This document shows, in pieces, positions 7,506 to 14,516 of a stretch of 40,704 nt of DNA. Under the pieces are notes generated by a model. It saw only the letters and a list, made by a program, of their open reading frames with translations, was not told the origin of the DNA and made no database searches. Location of the stretch: positions 1-40,704 of IMG/VR virus record IMGVR_UViG_3300020045_007862; one strand, written 5' to 3'. Each line of letters begins with the position of its first letter. The stretch's first letter is position 1. Origin of the DNA: a virus. Taxonomy: Duplodnaviria > Caudoviricetes. A program made the position numbers and the translations under genes.

Positions 7506-7804
7506 CCACCCCTCTCCAATTCTCCATCTTCCTCGGTGATGACGAATACGCCATCGAAGGCGACTACACCGAAGGCTCCCCCGGGGTAACGTCCGGCCCC
7601 TGGGAAAACGCCGAGGAACCCACCGACCCTGAGTTTGCAATCACTTCGATCAAACTCTTCGGCCTAGAACTGGGCGAACACGAACTCAAGCCGATGGATT
7701 TTATCCGGCTCGATGATGCCTGCCTTGAAGCCGCGGAAAAGGCTATGGAAATCCTCCGGGAAAAAGACGAGGAATACCAAGCACAAGCATGGAGCGACAA
7801 ATGA
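7502..7804 (+). CDS. Hypothetical acidic phage protein
   Basis: ATGA overlap with the previous gene; Asp/Glu-rich. Confidence 0.75.
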   Translation: MTTPLQFSIFLGDDEYAIEGDYTEGSPGVTSGPWENAEEPTDPEFAITSIKLFGLELGEHELKPMDFIRLDDACLEAAEKAMEILREKDEEYQAQAWSDK

Positions 7805-8076
7805 ACTACGAATGCCATATCACCGTAACCGTCGCCGATGAACCTGTCGCCACAGAAATCGCTACGCGCTGCGGCTGGAAAACCAGCGAAATCAAACGAG
7901 ACCCGCTTCTTGGGGATGGCTCTCATTTTTACCTCACGCGACATAGCAAGTCCCATCAGAAAATCTTTGAGGAAATGCAATTTGCAGCGGCAGAACTTCG
8001 GCTTTATGGCGCAACCGTCCTGCGGGAAAAGATCGAACTAATCGTCTACGACACGAAAACCGGAATTGGATTTTAA
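7801..8076 (+). CDS. Hypothetical protein (MNYECHITV...REKIE)
   Basis: ATGA overlap; GGAG RBS. Confidence 0.75.
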   Translation: MNYECHITVTVADEPVATEIATRCGWKTSEIKRDPLLGDGSHFYLTRHSKSHQKIFEEMQFAAAELRLYGATVLREKIELIVYDTKTGIGF

Positions 8077-8077
8077 C

Positions 8078-8431
8078 ATGCCACCCCCCAAATCTGAATT
8101 ACTGGCCGCTCGGAAATACGTCGATGAAGCCGGCAGCCCCGAAGAACGCCAACTTCGGAAAATGGAAGTCTTTGCAACGCTATACGGAGGAGATAGTGGT
8201 AGCCGTTTTACCTCGCGGGTTCCCTCGGCTATTGTCACGGCCAAGAAAACACCTGGCCTGTATTTGATGAAGGGAAATAACCTGCTTTTCCTTCGCATCA
8301 ACGAGACGGGGGAAGTCTACCAAGTTAATCCCCGGACTATGAAAAACGATGGGATATTGACCGACGAAGGTTGGTCAGATTCAGGCCGTACGCAGAATAT
8401 GACCGTCTATCGTCTGGAGGAATTGACATGA
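8078..8431 (+). CDS. Hypothetical protein
   Basis: ATG 1 nt after the previous stop. Confidence 0.65.
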   Translation: MPPPKSELLAARKYVDEAGSPEERQLRKMEVFATLYGGDSGSRFTSRVPSAIVTAKKTPGLYLMKGNNLLFLRINETGEVYQVNPRTMKNDGILTDEGWSDSGRTQNMTVYRLEELT

Positions 8432-8733
8432 CAACCCCACTCGTCCGCTGCCTCATTACTGGCTGTGATCTGATATTCACCGATTCCCAGCTTTACGCGC
8501 ATGGCGATCTATTCCTCATAGGCCGTTCGACCTATGTTTTTAACGCGGTACTTCGTAATGGGGAGACCAATCTCGGACCCCTGGAGCACCGCTTCCGCCC
8601 CGGCGAAACCCCAGCAATTACACTAGAACAATACTCCAGAGACTATTTCGAGCGACGTGGTGTTTTCGCAATTCCATTAAGCGCCGCGCAGCTTGATTCA
8701 GCGGCTACCCAATACCTAGCGAGCAAGCCATGA
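8428..8733 (+). CDS. Hypothetical protein
   Basis: GGAGG RBS; ATGA overlap (MTTPLVRC...). Confidence 0.7.
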   Translation: MTTPLVRCLITGCDLIFTDSQLYAHGDLFLIGRSTYVFNAVLRNGETNLGPLEHRFRPGETPAITLEQYSRDYFERRGVFAIPLSAAQLDSAATQYLASKP

Positions 8734-9677
8734 CCCGCACACCTTTTCCCTTAGTTTGGAACGAAAGTTTACGTTCCGCTTTCGTCTCCTGCCCTAGAGC
8801 CGCCTTCTGGGAACACTTCGAGCACTACAAATTCCCCGCACCATCGATCCACCTACACGCGGGGAAAGCCTGGGCGGAAGCCCTCGAAGCTATGCGCCTC
8901 GCCTACTACGGGGACAAGCTCGACGCAGACACCGCCCACGCAATCGGCCTAGCCCGCCTCATTGCCGCCTATGGTGACTTCCAAGCCCCTGAGCGCGGCT
9001 CTGGCGCGTCGAAATCCCTCGACCGACTAATCGAAGCCTTCTCCTACTACGTCTCCGCCTTCCCCCTTGCCTCTGATCCCGTCCAGCCGCATTACGCAGC
9101 CAACGGAAAACCCATGGTCGAATTCAACTTCGCCCTCCCCCTCGATGAAAACCTCCTGCACCCGGAAACCGGCGAGCCAATACTGTACGCCGGAAGAGCA
9201 GACATGGTGGCAACATACGCAGGCGCTCTCAGTATCTACGACGATAAAACAACCGGACAGCTCGGCCAAACCTGGGCCGCCCAGTGGAATCGCCGTGGAC
9301 AGTTTTCAGGTTATAGCTGGGCTGCTCGTGAGTATGGTATTCCGGTATCTCAGATCGTTGTCCGGGGAATCGCAATCCTTAAAACTTCGATTAACCATGC
9401 ACAGGCTATCACAGTCCGAACGCCGCACCACGTCGCCGAGTGGCACGGGCAAATCATCCGGGACATCCGCCGGGCGATAAAAGCCTGGGAAGAGGGCTAC
9501 TGGGATGTTAATCTCTCCGATGCTTGTACCAGCTACGGCGGGTGCATGTTCCAGCAGCCCTGCATGTCAAATAACCCCCAACCCTGGCTAGACGGGCAGT
9601 TCCAAAAACGCCGCTTCGACCCGATCACTCGGGAAGAGACGATCATCCCGATTACTCCCGTCACAGATAATGGGTAA
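8730..9677 (+). CDS. PD-(D/E)XK exonuclease, Cas4/RecB-like
   Basis: GRADM...IYDDKT nuclease motifs, QFSGY helix, and one N-terminal plus three C-terminal Cys (CPR...CTSYGGCMFQQPC) in the Fe-S staple pattern. Confidence 0.85.
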   Translation: MTRTPFPLVWNESLRSAFVSCPRAAFWEHFEHYKFPAPSIHLHAGKAWAEALEAMRLAYYGDKLDADTAHAIGLARLIAAYGDFQAPERGSGASKSLDRLIEAFSYYVSAFPLASDPVQPHYAANGKPMVEFNFALPLDENLLHPETGEPILYAGRADMVATYAGALSIYDDKTTGQLGQTWAAQWNRRGQFSGYSWAAREYGIPVSQIVVRGIAILKTSINHAQAITVRTPHHVAEWHGQIIRDIRRAIKAWEEGYWDVNLSDACTSYGGCMFQQPCMSNNPQPWLDGQFQKRRFDPITREETIIPITPVTDNG

Positions 9678-9879
9678 CCGTCTCTACGCTCGGACTAAGC
9701 TAACCTCCCTGGGCTATCTCCCCCCGGGAAAACGAGACTCTTGCCGAAACTGCGCGAGTGTCACAATCGCCCCCTACACAGATGCCGGCGGCCTGGGAAT
9801 CGTCTACCGCTGCCCTGTATTAAAGGCATTTGTAGCCGGCGGGGGAATCTGCCCTAACTTCACCAAGGAAAAACCATGA
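9670..9879 (+). CDS. Small Cys-rich protein
   Basis: CRNC...C...C pattern; overlapping start. Confidence 0.7.
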   Translation: MGNRLYARTKLTSLGYLPPGKRDSCRNCASVTIAPYTDAGGLGIVYRCPVLKAFVAGGGICPNFTKEKP

Positions 9880-10073
9880 CCCCCATCCATCTAACTACCA
9901 TGGTCGGGAAAACGTCCGTCCCTGTTGTTGTCATTGCGGAGCATATTACCCTACTGCAAGGGACCGGTGCTTCCAATCGAGTCGGCACTTGGGTCACCCT
10001 AACCGGCGCGACTAATCCTGTTTTTGTTGAAGAGTCTATTCAACAAATCCTCGAACTAATCCCAGCCGTATGA
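9876..10073 (+). CDS. FlbD-like small protein
   Basis: IHLT...EHI...T.VTL...VEESIQQI pattern resembles the FlbD/SwrD family; AAGGA RBS. Confidence 0.6.
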   Translation: MTPIHLTTMVGKTSVPVVVIAEHITLLQGTGASNRVGTWVTLTGATNPVFVEESIQQILELIPAV

Positions 10074-10411
10074 ACACCCCCCGCATCCAACCATCTACGG
10101 TATGGTTCGCCGTAATCGACAGCGCGATCCTCGAACGAGTAGTCGTCCTCTCTACCTTCATTTTCCCCCCGTATGGAAAATACATCCTCTACCGACGAAT
10201 CGACTGGCCGGATAGCTCCGCCTCCCCCTATCCCAGCGTCCTCCACGAAAGCGTCTTCGCCGACCTCTACACCCCACAGGAAACCCCATGCGAGACTATT
10301 CCGAGCGAGAACTCCTCCTCCAAAATCTCCTTGCCACGGCCGCTACCTTGGTATACCGCGCTAGTCGTGCGATGGGGGAGAATAACCTCGTCGCGCAGAA
10401 AGTCCTGGTGA
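10070..10411 (+). CDS. Hypothetical protein
   Basis: ATGA overlap; the 3' end overlaps the next ORF by 124 nt. Confidence 0.55.
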   Translation: MNTPRIQPSTVWFAVIDSAILERVVVLSTFIFPPYGKYILYRRIDWPDSSASPYPSVLHESVFADLYTPQETPCETIPSENSSSKISLPRPLPWYTALVVRWGRITSSRRKSW

Positions 10412-10722
10412 TAGAGTGCGAAACGTGGTTTTCCGAGACCAAAGAATCCCTATCGGCGGCTTTAGCCTCGGGGGCAACTGCGCCGGTTATACCTACACCT
10501 GCTCCACCTGCGGGGAACAATGGGGACGTGTGGAAATCGCCGCCGGTGACCCGGGAAAAACCTGGATTAATTCCACCTGGCCTTGTGAAAAACACGGAAA
10601 CTCCTTCAACCGAGGGGGTTCCTTCCTACAAAGAATCGGCTGGGGGGATTTCTCCGGCGCGAGTAATCTCAACCAAACCCTCGAACGCATCAGCGATGGC
10701 CTTCTTCGGCATGAAGCCCTGA
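10288..10722 (+). CDS. Hypothetical protein, almost fully overlapped
   Basis: CAGGA RBS before ATG; helical-looking N-terminus and Pro-rich C-terminus. Confidence 0.4.
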   Translation: MRDYSERELLLQNLLATAATLVYRASRAMGENNLVAQKVLVIECETWFSETKESLSAALASGATAPVIPTPAPPAGNNGDVWKSPPVTREKPGLIPPGLVKNTETPSTEGVPSYKESAGGISPARVISTKPSNASAMAFFGMKP

Positions 10723-10751
10723 TGCTGACTAACCAAATCCTAGGAAAATGA
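10416..10751 (+). CDS. Hypothetical Zn-binding protein
   Basis: CSTC...CEKH metal-binding pattern; GTG start; stop abuts the next gene. Confidence 0.6.
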   Translation: MRNVVFRDQRIPIGGFSLGGNCAGYTYTCSTCGEQWGRVEIAAGDPGKTWINSTWPCEKHGNSFNRGGSFLQRIGWGDFSGASNLNQTLERISDGLLRHEALMLTNQILGK

Positions 10752-10752
10752 A

Positions 10753-10932
10753 ATGGACCTGTCCAAACTTTTGAATGACGGAATCGGCATAGAACCCTTC
10801 ACACTACCGGAGGGAGAAAACGAACGGCTGGCCTTGCCCTCGGATAAGCCCTGCCCCATCTGCAAAGGCCCGATGTTTGTTGGCGACGACGAATACCTCG
10901 GCTGTTGTATTAAGTGCTATAAGGAAGACTAA
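10753..10932 (+). CDS. 59-aa Zn-finger protein (not in the ORF track)
   Basis: MDLSKLLND...CPIC...CIKC; AGGA RBS. Confidence 0.7.
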   Translation: MDLSKLLNDGIGIEPFTLPEGENERLALPSDKPCPICKGPMFVGDDEYLGCCIKCYKED

Positions 10933-10933
10933 C

Positions 10934-11116
10934 TTGACCTCTTTCGTAAAACTAACCCACCCCACTGAAGGGGAGACCTGGGTAAACCTCGACCACATCG
11001 TCACAATTGTTGAGAGCGACGACTGCACGCGGCTGTGGGAAGCTGGGCCGGAGGGCACCGGCGCCCTCAAAGCCGCCGAATCCCCGCAAGAAATCCTCAA
11101 CCTCCCGAGAATCTAA
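10934..11116 (+). CDS. Second FlbD-like small protein
   Basis: TTG start with AAGGA RBS; FVKLT...VNLDHIV.I...ESPQEI pattern. Confidence 0.6.
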   Translation: MTSFVKLTHPTEGETWVNLDHIVTIVESDDCTRLWEAGPEGTGALKAAESPQEILNLPRI

Positions 11117-11118
11117 TC

Positions 11119-11985
11119 ATGCCCGAAGCAACCACCATCCAAATCAACCCCCAATATCCTGGCTTTAACGTCCTCCTAATGGGCCCGTCAGGCACCGGGA
11201 AAACCTATTCCATCAAGTCGTTGGCCGCAACTGGCCTGGAAACCTTCGCCCTTTTCCTCGAACCTGGTCTAGAAACCCTGATCGGAAGCTACTCCGACTT
11301 CAACGAGCCGATTCCCCCGAATCTCCACTGGCATTACCTCCAGCCGAAGACACAGGGTTTCGCCCAGCTCATGAAGTCGGCCGATGATATCGGCAAATTC
11401 GACCTCGCCGGCCTTGCGCGAATGAAAGACATGAATCGCAGCAAGAATAACCAAATGACCGAACTCTACACGATTCTGAATGACTTTTCCGATCAGCGAA
11501 CGGGGAAGAAATTCGGCCCGGTAGATTCCTGGTCTAACGGCGCGGTTCTAGTTATCGATTCCCTTTCCGCCCTAAACCGTATCGCCATGGAAATGGTCAT
11601 CGGCACAAAAGCAGTCAAAGACATGTCCGACTGGGGAATCGCCCAACAGGCGCTTATGTCCCTTCTCCATAAGCTAACCTCCGGCTGCATCTGCCACGTC
11701 GTTGTAATCGCCCACGTCGAGCGCGAAACCGATATGATCCTCGGCGGCATTAAGCTCATGGTCGCCGCGCTGGGTAAGGCCATCACCACCCAAATTACCC
11801 AGCCTTTCTCCGACGTAATCCTCACCGTCCGGGAAACAGATAAGTTCTACTGGGACACCGCAAATGCCCAAGCCGACGTTAAAACACGAAACCTACCGCT
11901 CTCGGCGAAAATACCAGCAGACTTTGAGCAGATTTACGCAAAGTGGGCAAAGCGCGCAGAACTCGCCAGCTCTTCCCAGGGATAA
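11119..11985 (+). CDS. Sak4-like (AAA_24) phage recombination ATPase
   Basis: Walker A GPSGTGKT, Walker B LVIDSLS, DWG and VIAH motifs; located between an exonuclease and an SSB. Confidence 0.8.
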   Translation: MPEATTIQINPQYPGFNVLLMGPSGTGKTYSIKSLAATGLETFALFLEPGLETLIGSYSDFNEPIPPNLHWHYLQPKTQGFAQLMKSADDIGKFDLAGLARMKDMNRSKNNQMTELYTILNDFSDQRTGKKFGPVDSWSNGAVLVIDSLSALNRIAMEMVIGTKAVKDMSDWGIAQQALMSLLHKLTSGCICHVVVIAHVERETDMILGGIKLMVAALGKAITTQITQPFSDVILTVRETDKFYWDTANAQADVKTRNLPLSAKIPADFEQIYAKWAKRAELASSSQG

Positions 11986-12034
11986 AACCCAAGAACAGGC
12001 CACTGAAGTTTGGTGGATTGACGAGGCGACTGAC

Positions 12035-12457
12035 ATGAATGGCCCCGATTTTGACGAGCTTGAGCAGAAAATGTTAAACCAGCTTATACGGGAGATTAAG
12101 GGCCGAGATAGCTATCACGAGACCTGGGAGCCCCTGGAAGCCCGTCCGACAATTACCAAACCGACCTACCAAACCCGCCCGGCTTTCCAAGCCCCTGACT
12201 TCTTCATCGTCCAATATATCGGAGGGGCCTTTAACGGGGCTCAGGAATACCTAAACTACGCAACCCACAAGCTGTGTATTGTTGAAGGAGGTGTTTACGA
12301 AAAAGCTCTACCTAGCCCCTCGCCGACAATCTCACCCGAGGGCATTGTAAGCGCGGCAGCTATCCTCCACGCTCGCTATTCCCTCACCTTCATCCCCCGC
12401 GATCAAACTCCCTTCGCCGAATCCGCGCAGGTAGTTATCGCTCTTTTTAAGGAATAA
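12035..12457 (+). CDS. Hypothetical protein (possible longer form starting at 11864)
   Basis: GAGG RBS before ATG 12035; the frame is open back to 11864. Confidence 0.65.
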   Translation: MNGPDFDELEQKMLNQLIREIKGRDSYHETWEPLEARPTITKPTYQTRPAFQAPDFFIVQYIGGAFNGAQEYLNYATHKLCIVEGGVYEKALPSPSPTISPEGIVSAAAILHARYSLTFIPRDQTPFAESAQVVIALFKE

Positions 12458-12459
12458 CC

Positions 12460-12678
12460 ATGTCCCACGCACTTCTCGGGTTGCATAATATCCGCAGCGT
12501 TGTCATGTCATCCTATCGGCAGGAACTCTCCGGCTGCCAGGTGCTCCAGGTGAAAATCACCGACAGTACCGGCCAAGAATTCGACCTCAACCTTTTCAAC
12601 CATCTGCGGGACGATATTACCATCACCCTCAACCTTCCCCCCAGCGAAACGCCACTTCCGCAAATCGAAATCCCTTGA
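12460..12678 (+). CDS. Hypothetical protein
   Basis: AAGGA RBS; 72 aa. Confidence 0.7.
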   Translation: MSHALLGLHNIRSVVMSSYRQELSGCQVLQVKITDSTGQEFDLNLFNHLRDDITITLNLPPSETPLPQIEIP

Positions 12679-12703
12679 CATTCAATCGCAACCCTGCGAT
12701 ACT
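12675..12703 (+). promoter_or_regulatory. Sigma70 promoter for the SSB-acb2 operon
   Basis: TTGACA (12675-12680)-N17-GATACT (12698-12703) with extended -10 TG. Confidence 0.8.
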
Positions 12704-12710
12704 CCTATCT

Positions 12711-12755
12711 CACTCTGCAAAGCGGACAGAGTGTGGTTTGTAAAACCCCTCCGCT
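12711..12755 (+). promoter_or_regulatory. Predicted H-type RNA pseudoknot in the SSB mRNA leader
   Basis: Stem 1 CACTCTG (12711-12717) / CAGAGTG (12727-12733); stem 2 AGCGGA (12721-12726) / TCCGCT (12750-12755). Confidence 0.6.
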
Positions 12756-12775
12756 ATCAACCCTAGGAACTAAAA

Positions 12776-13258
12776 ATGTCCCGTCTCTTTGACCCCGTTT
12801 CCCTCATGTCCAACAACGTCGAAGCTAACGCCACCCGGCGTGACCCGCTTCCAATCGGCGAAACCGTTGCGCAGATCACGGAGATTACCTTCTCCGATGG
12901 CGTTTCCAATAAGCCTGGCAAGCCCTCTACCCCCTGGGCGCGCATGGACGTAAAGCTGGAAATCACCGATCACGACTATACCAGCCAGATCGTCGGTTCC
13001 CCGGAAAAGGCCACCACCCAGCTCGGCATCATGCTGGATATGAACGGCGGGCAGATCGCCACCGGGCCGAATAAGAACATCCGCCTCGGCCGCCTGCGTG
13101 AAGCCACCGGCACGAACGGAAAGCCCCTGTCGATGATGGTCGGGCAGATGCTGCGTATTAGCATCGGCCACAAGCCGCACTACAAGGACGACGGTAATCC
13201 CGAAGGTGAGTTCTACGGCGTGGTTAACGACGAAATCGTCGGTTATACGAAGGTGTAA
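12776..13258 (+). CDS. Putative single-stranded DNA-binding protein (OB-fold-like)
   Basis: 160 aa, beta-rich; LGRLREATG...GQ.LRISIGH pattern of phage SSB-like proteins; near Sak4; strong promoter and codon bias. Confidence 0.65.
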   Translation: MSRLFDPVSLMSNNVEANATRRDPLPIGETVAQITEITFSDGVSNKPGKPSTPWARMDVKLEITDHDYTSQIVGSPEKATTQLGIMLDMNGGQIATGPNKNIRLGRLREATGTNGKPLSMMVGQMLRISIGHKPHYKDDGNPEGEFYGVVNDEIVGYTKV

Positions 13259-13260
13259 TC

Positions 13261-13542
13261 ATGGAAACTTTTATCCAACCAAAAATCACAGGCTATCGAC
13301 AGCTTACAGAAGCAGAAGTGGCTTTGATGAACGAGGGAAAAGCCCTCGCAGAACAGTGTGGCGCATATATCGCCAAGCTGCGCACCCACGCCGATGTGCA
13401 ACGGGCGCAGATTACGCGGCAAGGGGAAACTCCGCCTCTGCTACCCTCGCTCGATCAACGCTGGATTAGCGTCGGCGCTACGCAACTGCAACAGGGTTTC
13501 ATGGCCGTAATCCGCGGCATTGCTCAGCCCACTTCCTTTTGA
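13261..13542 (+). CDS. acb2: Anti-CBASS protein Acb2 homolog (cyclic oligonucleotide sponge)
   Basis: KITGYRQLTEAEVALMN at the N-terminus and RWISVGATQLQQGFMAVIRGIAQPTSF at the C-terminus match the Acb2 family pattern (KI.GYR.L...E...MN...RW...G.T..Q.G.MA..R.IAQP.SF). Confidence 0.9.
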   Translation: METFIQPKITGYRQLTEAEVALMNEGKALAEQCGAYIAKLRTHADVQRAQITRQGETPPLLPSLDQRWISVGATQLQQGFMAVIRGIAQPTSF

Positions 13543-13549
13543 GGAAATC

Positions 13550-13765
13550 ATGAACAGCACAAACTGTGGAACTGGTATTTCCAGCAATCCTTCCGGCTTG
13601 GATGAAGCCGCGCATGAGGCAGAAACTCTCGAAGAATCTGTTCTCCGCGAATGCGACGAGGCGCGGAAGAACTTGAATGCCCGGGAAACCGCTATTAATC
13701 GCCTTCCCCTTGCCATCCGACGAATGACTCGCCAACAAGCACGGGCAGTCGGGCTTTGGTTCTGA
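13550..13765 (+). CDS. Hypothetical protein
   Basis: GAGGA RBS before ATG 13550. Confidence 0.7.
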   Translation: MNSTNCGTGISSNPSGLDEAAHEAETLEESVLRECDEARKNLNARETAINRLPLAIRRMTRQQARAVGLWF

Positions 13766-13774
13766 ACTAAACCT

Positions 13775-13794
13775 AGGCCCTTCGGGGCCTTTTT
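13775..13794 (+). terminator. Rho-independent terminator
   Basis: AGGCCC-TTCG-GGGCCT-TTTT (UUCG tetraloop). Confidence 0.8.
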
Positions 13795-13807
13795 CATAGG
13801 TACAATT

Positions 13808-14161
13808 ATGCCAAATCCAACTTTTCCCCAGATGGTAACCGCACTCGCTAAACCTGGGCAGGATATTCTCAACAACCTCACACCGAACCAGGCCCATATC
13901 CTCCACATGCTGATCGGCCTGGGTGGAGAAGTCGGGGAACTCTCCGATGCCATTAAAAAAGGCATCATCTATAACAAGCCCCTTGACTTCGATAACATCA
14001 TCGAAGAATTCGGGGATATCGAGTTCTACCTAGAAGGTCTTCGGCAAGGACTGGGGGTTATGCGGCCGGAAACCATCGCCCACTGCCAAACCAAACTCGC
14101 CAAACGCTACGGGAAAAAGTATTCCGACTCCGCCGCGCAACTCCGGGCAGATAAAGCATGA
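13808..14161 (+). CDS. MazG-like NTP pyrophosphohydrolase
   Basis: GLGGEVGELSDAIKK...EEFGDIEFY all-alpha NTP-PPase motifs; KL.KRY tail. Confidence 0.85.
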   Translation: MPNPTFPQMVTALAKPGQDILNNLTPNQAHILHMLIGLGGEVGELSDAIKKGIIYNKPLDFDNIIEEFGDIEFYLEGLRQGLGVMRPETIAHCQTKLAKRYGKKYSDSAAQLRADKA

Positions 14162-14445
14162 CCAAACTCTGCATCCAACTTCCCATCCTGGGAAATCCCA
14201 ATGGCCGAATCTTCCAAGCCATCGGCCTCGGAGAATCCATCCCCGATACCCTCCTAGCCCTTCTCCGCCGATATGGCGATCTTCTCCCAAAGACCGCCAC
14301 CGCGGAATACTTCGATGCCTATGGACGACGCTTCACCCTTCTTTACTCCCAAGTCGCTTCCGGAGCCTGGGTCATTGCCGACATGGAAGAAGCCGTGCCA
14401 GTCCTGCCAGTCATTCCGGCAGGGGCTAACGACCCAGCTTTGTAA
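14158..14445 (+). CDS. Hypothetical protein
   Basis: ATGA overlap; 95 aa. Confidence 0.65.
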   Translation: MTKLCIQLPILGNPNGRIFQAIGLGESIPDTLLALLRRYGDLLPKTATAEYFDAYGRRFTLLYSQVASGAWVIADMEEAVPVLPVIPAGANDPAL

Positions 14446-14461
14446 TTCCCCAAAGCTCACG

Positions 14462-14481
14462 GAGGGCGAAAGCCCTCTTTT
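14462..14481 (+). terminator. Rho-independent terminator
   Basis: GAGGGC-GAAA-GCCCTC-TTTT. Confidence 0.75.
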
Positions 14482-14516
14482 CTATGCGATCTTAATCTGC
14501 AAACGAGAGTGGTATA

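Noticed and set aside
8730-9677. CRISPR-Cas system suggested by a Cas4-like nuclease
   Set aside because: No other cas genes and no repeat-spacer array; the 2335-2396 repeat has only two copies and a 14-nt gap. The context is a standard recombination module.
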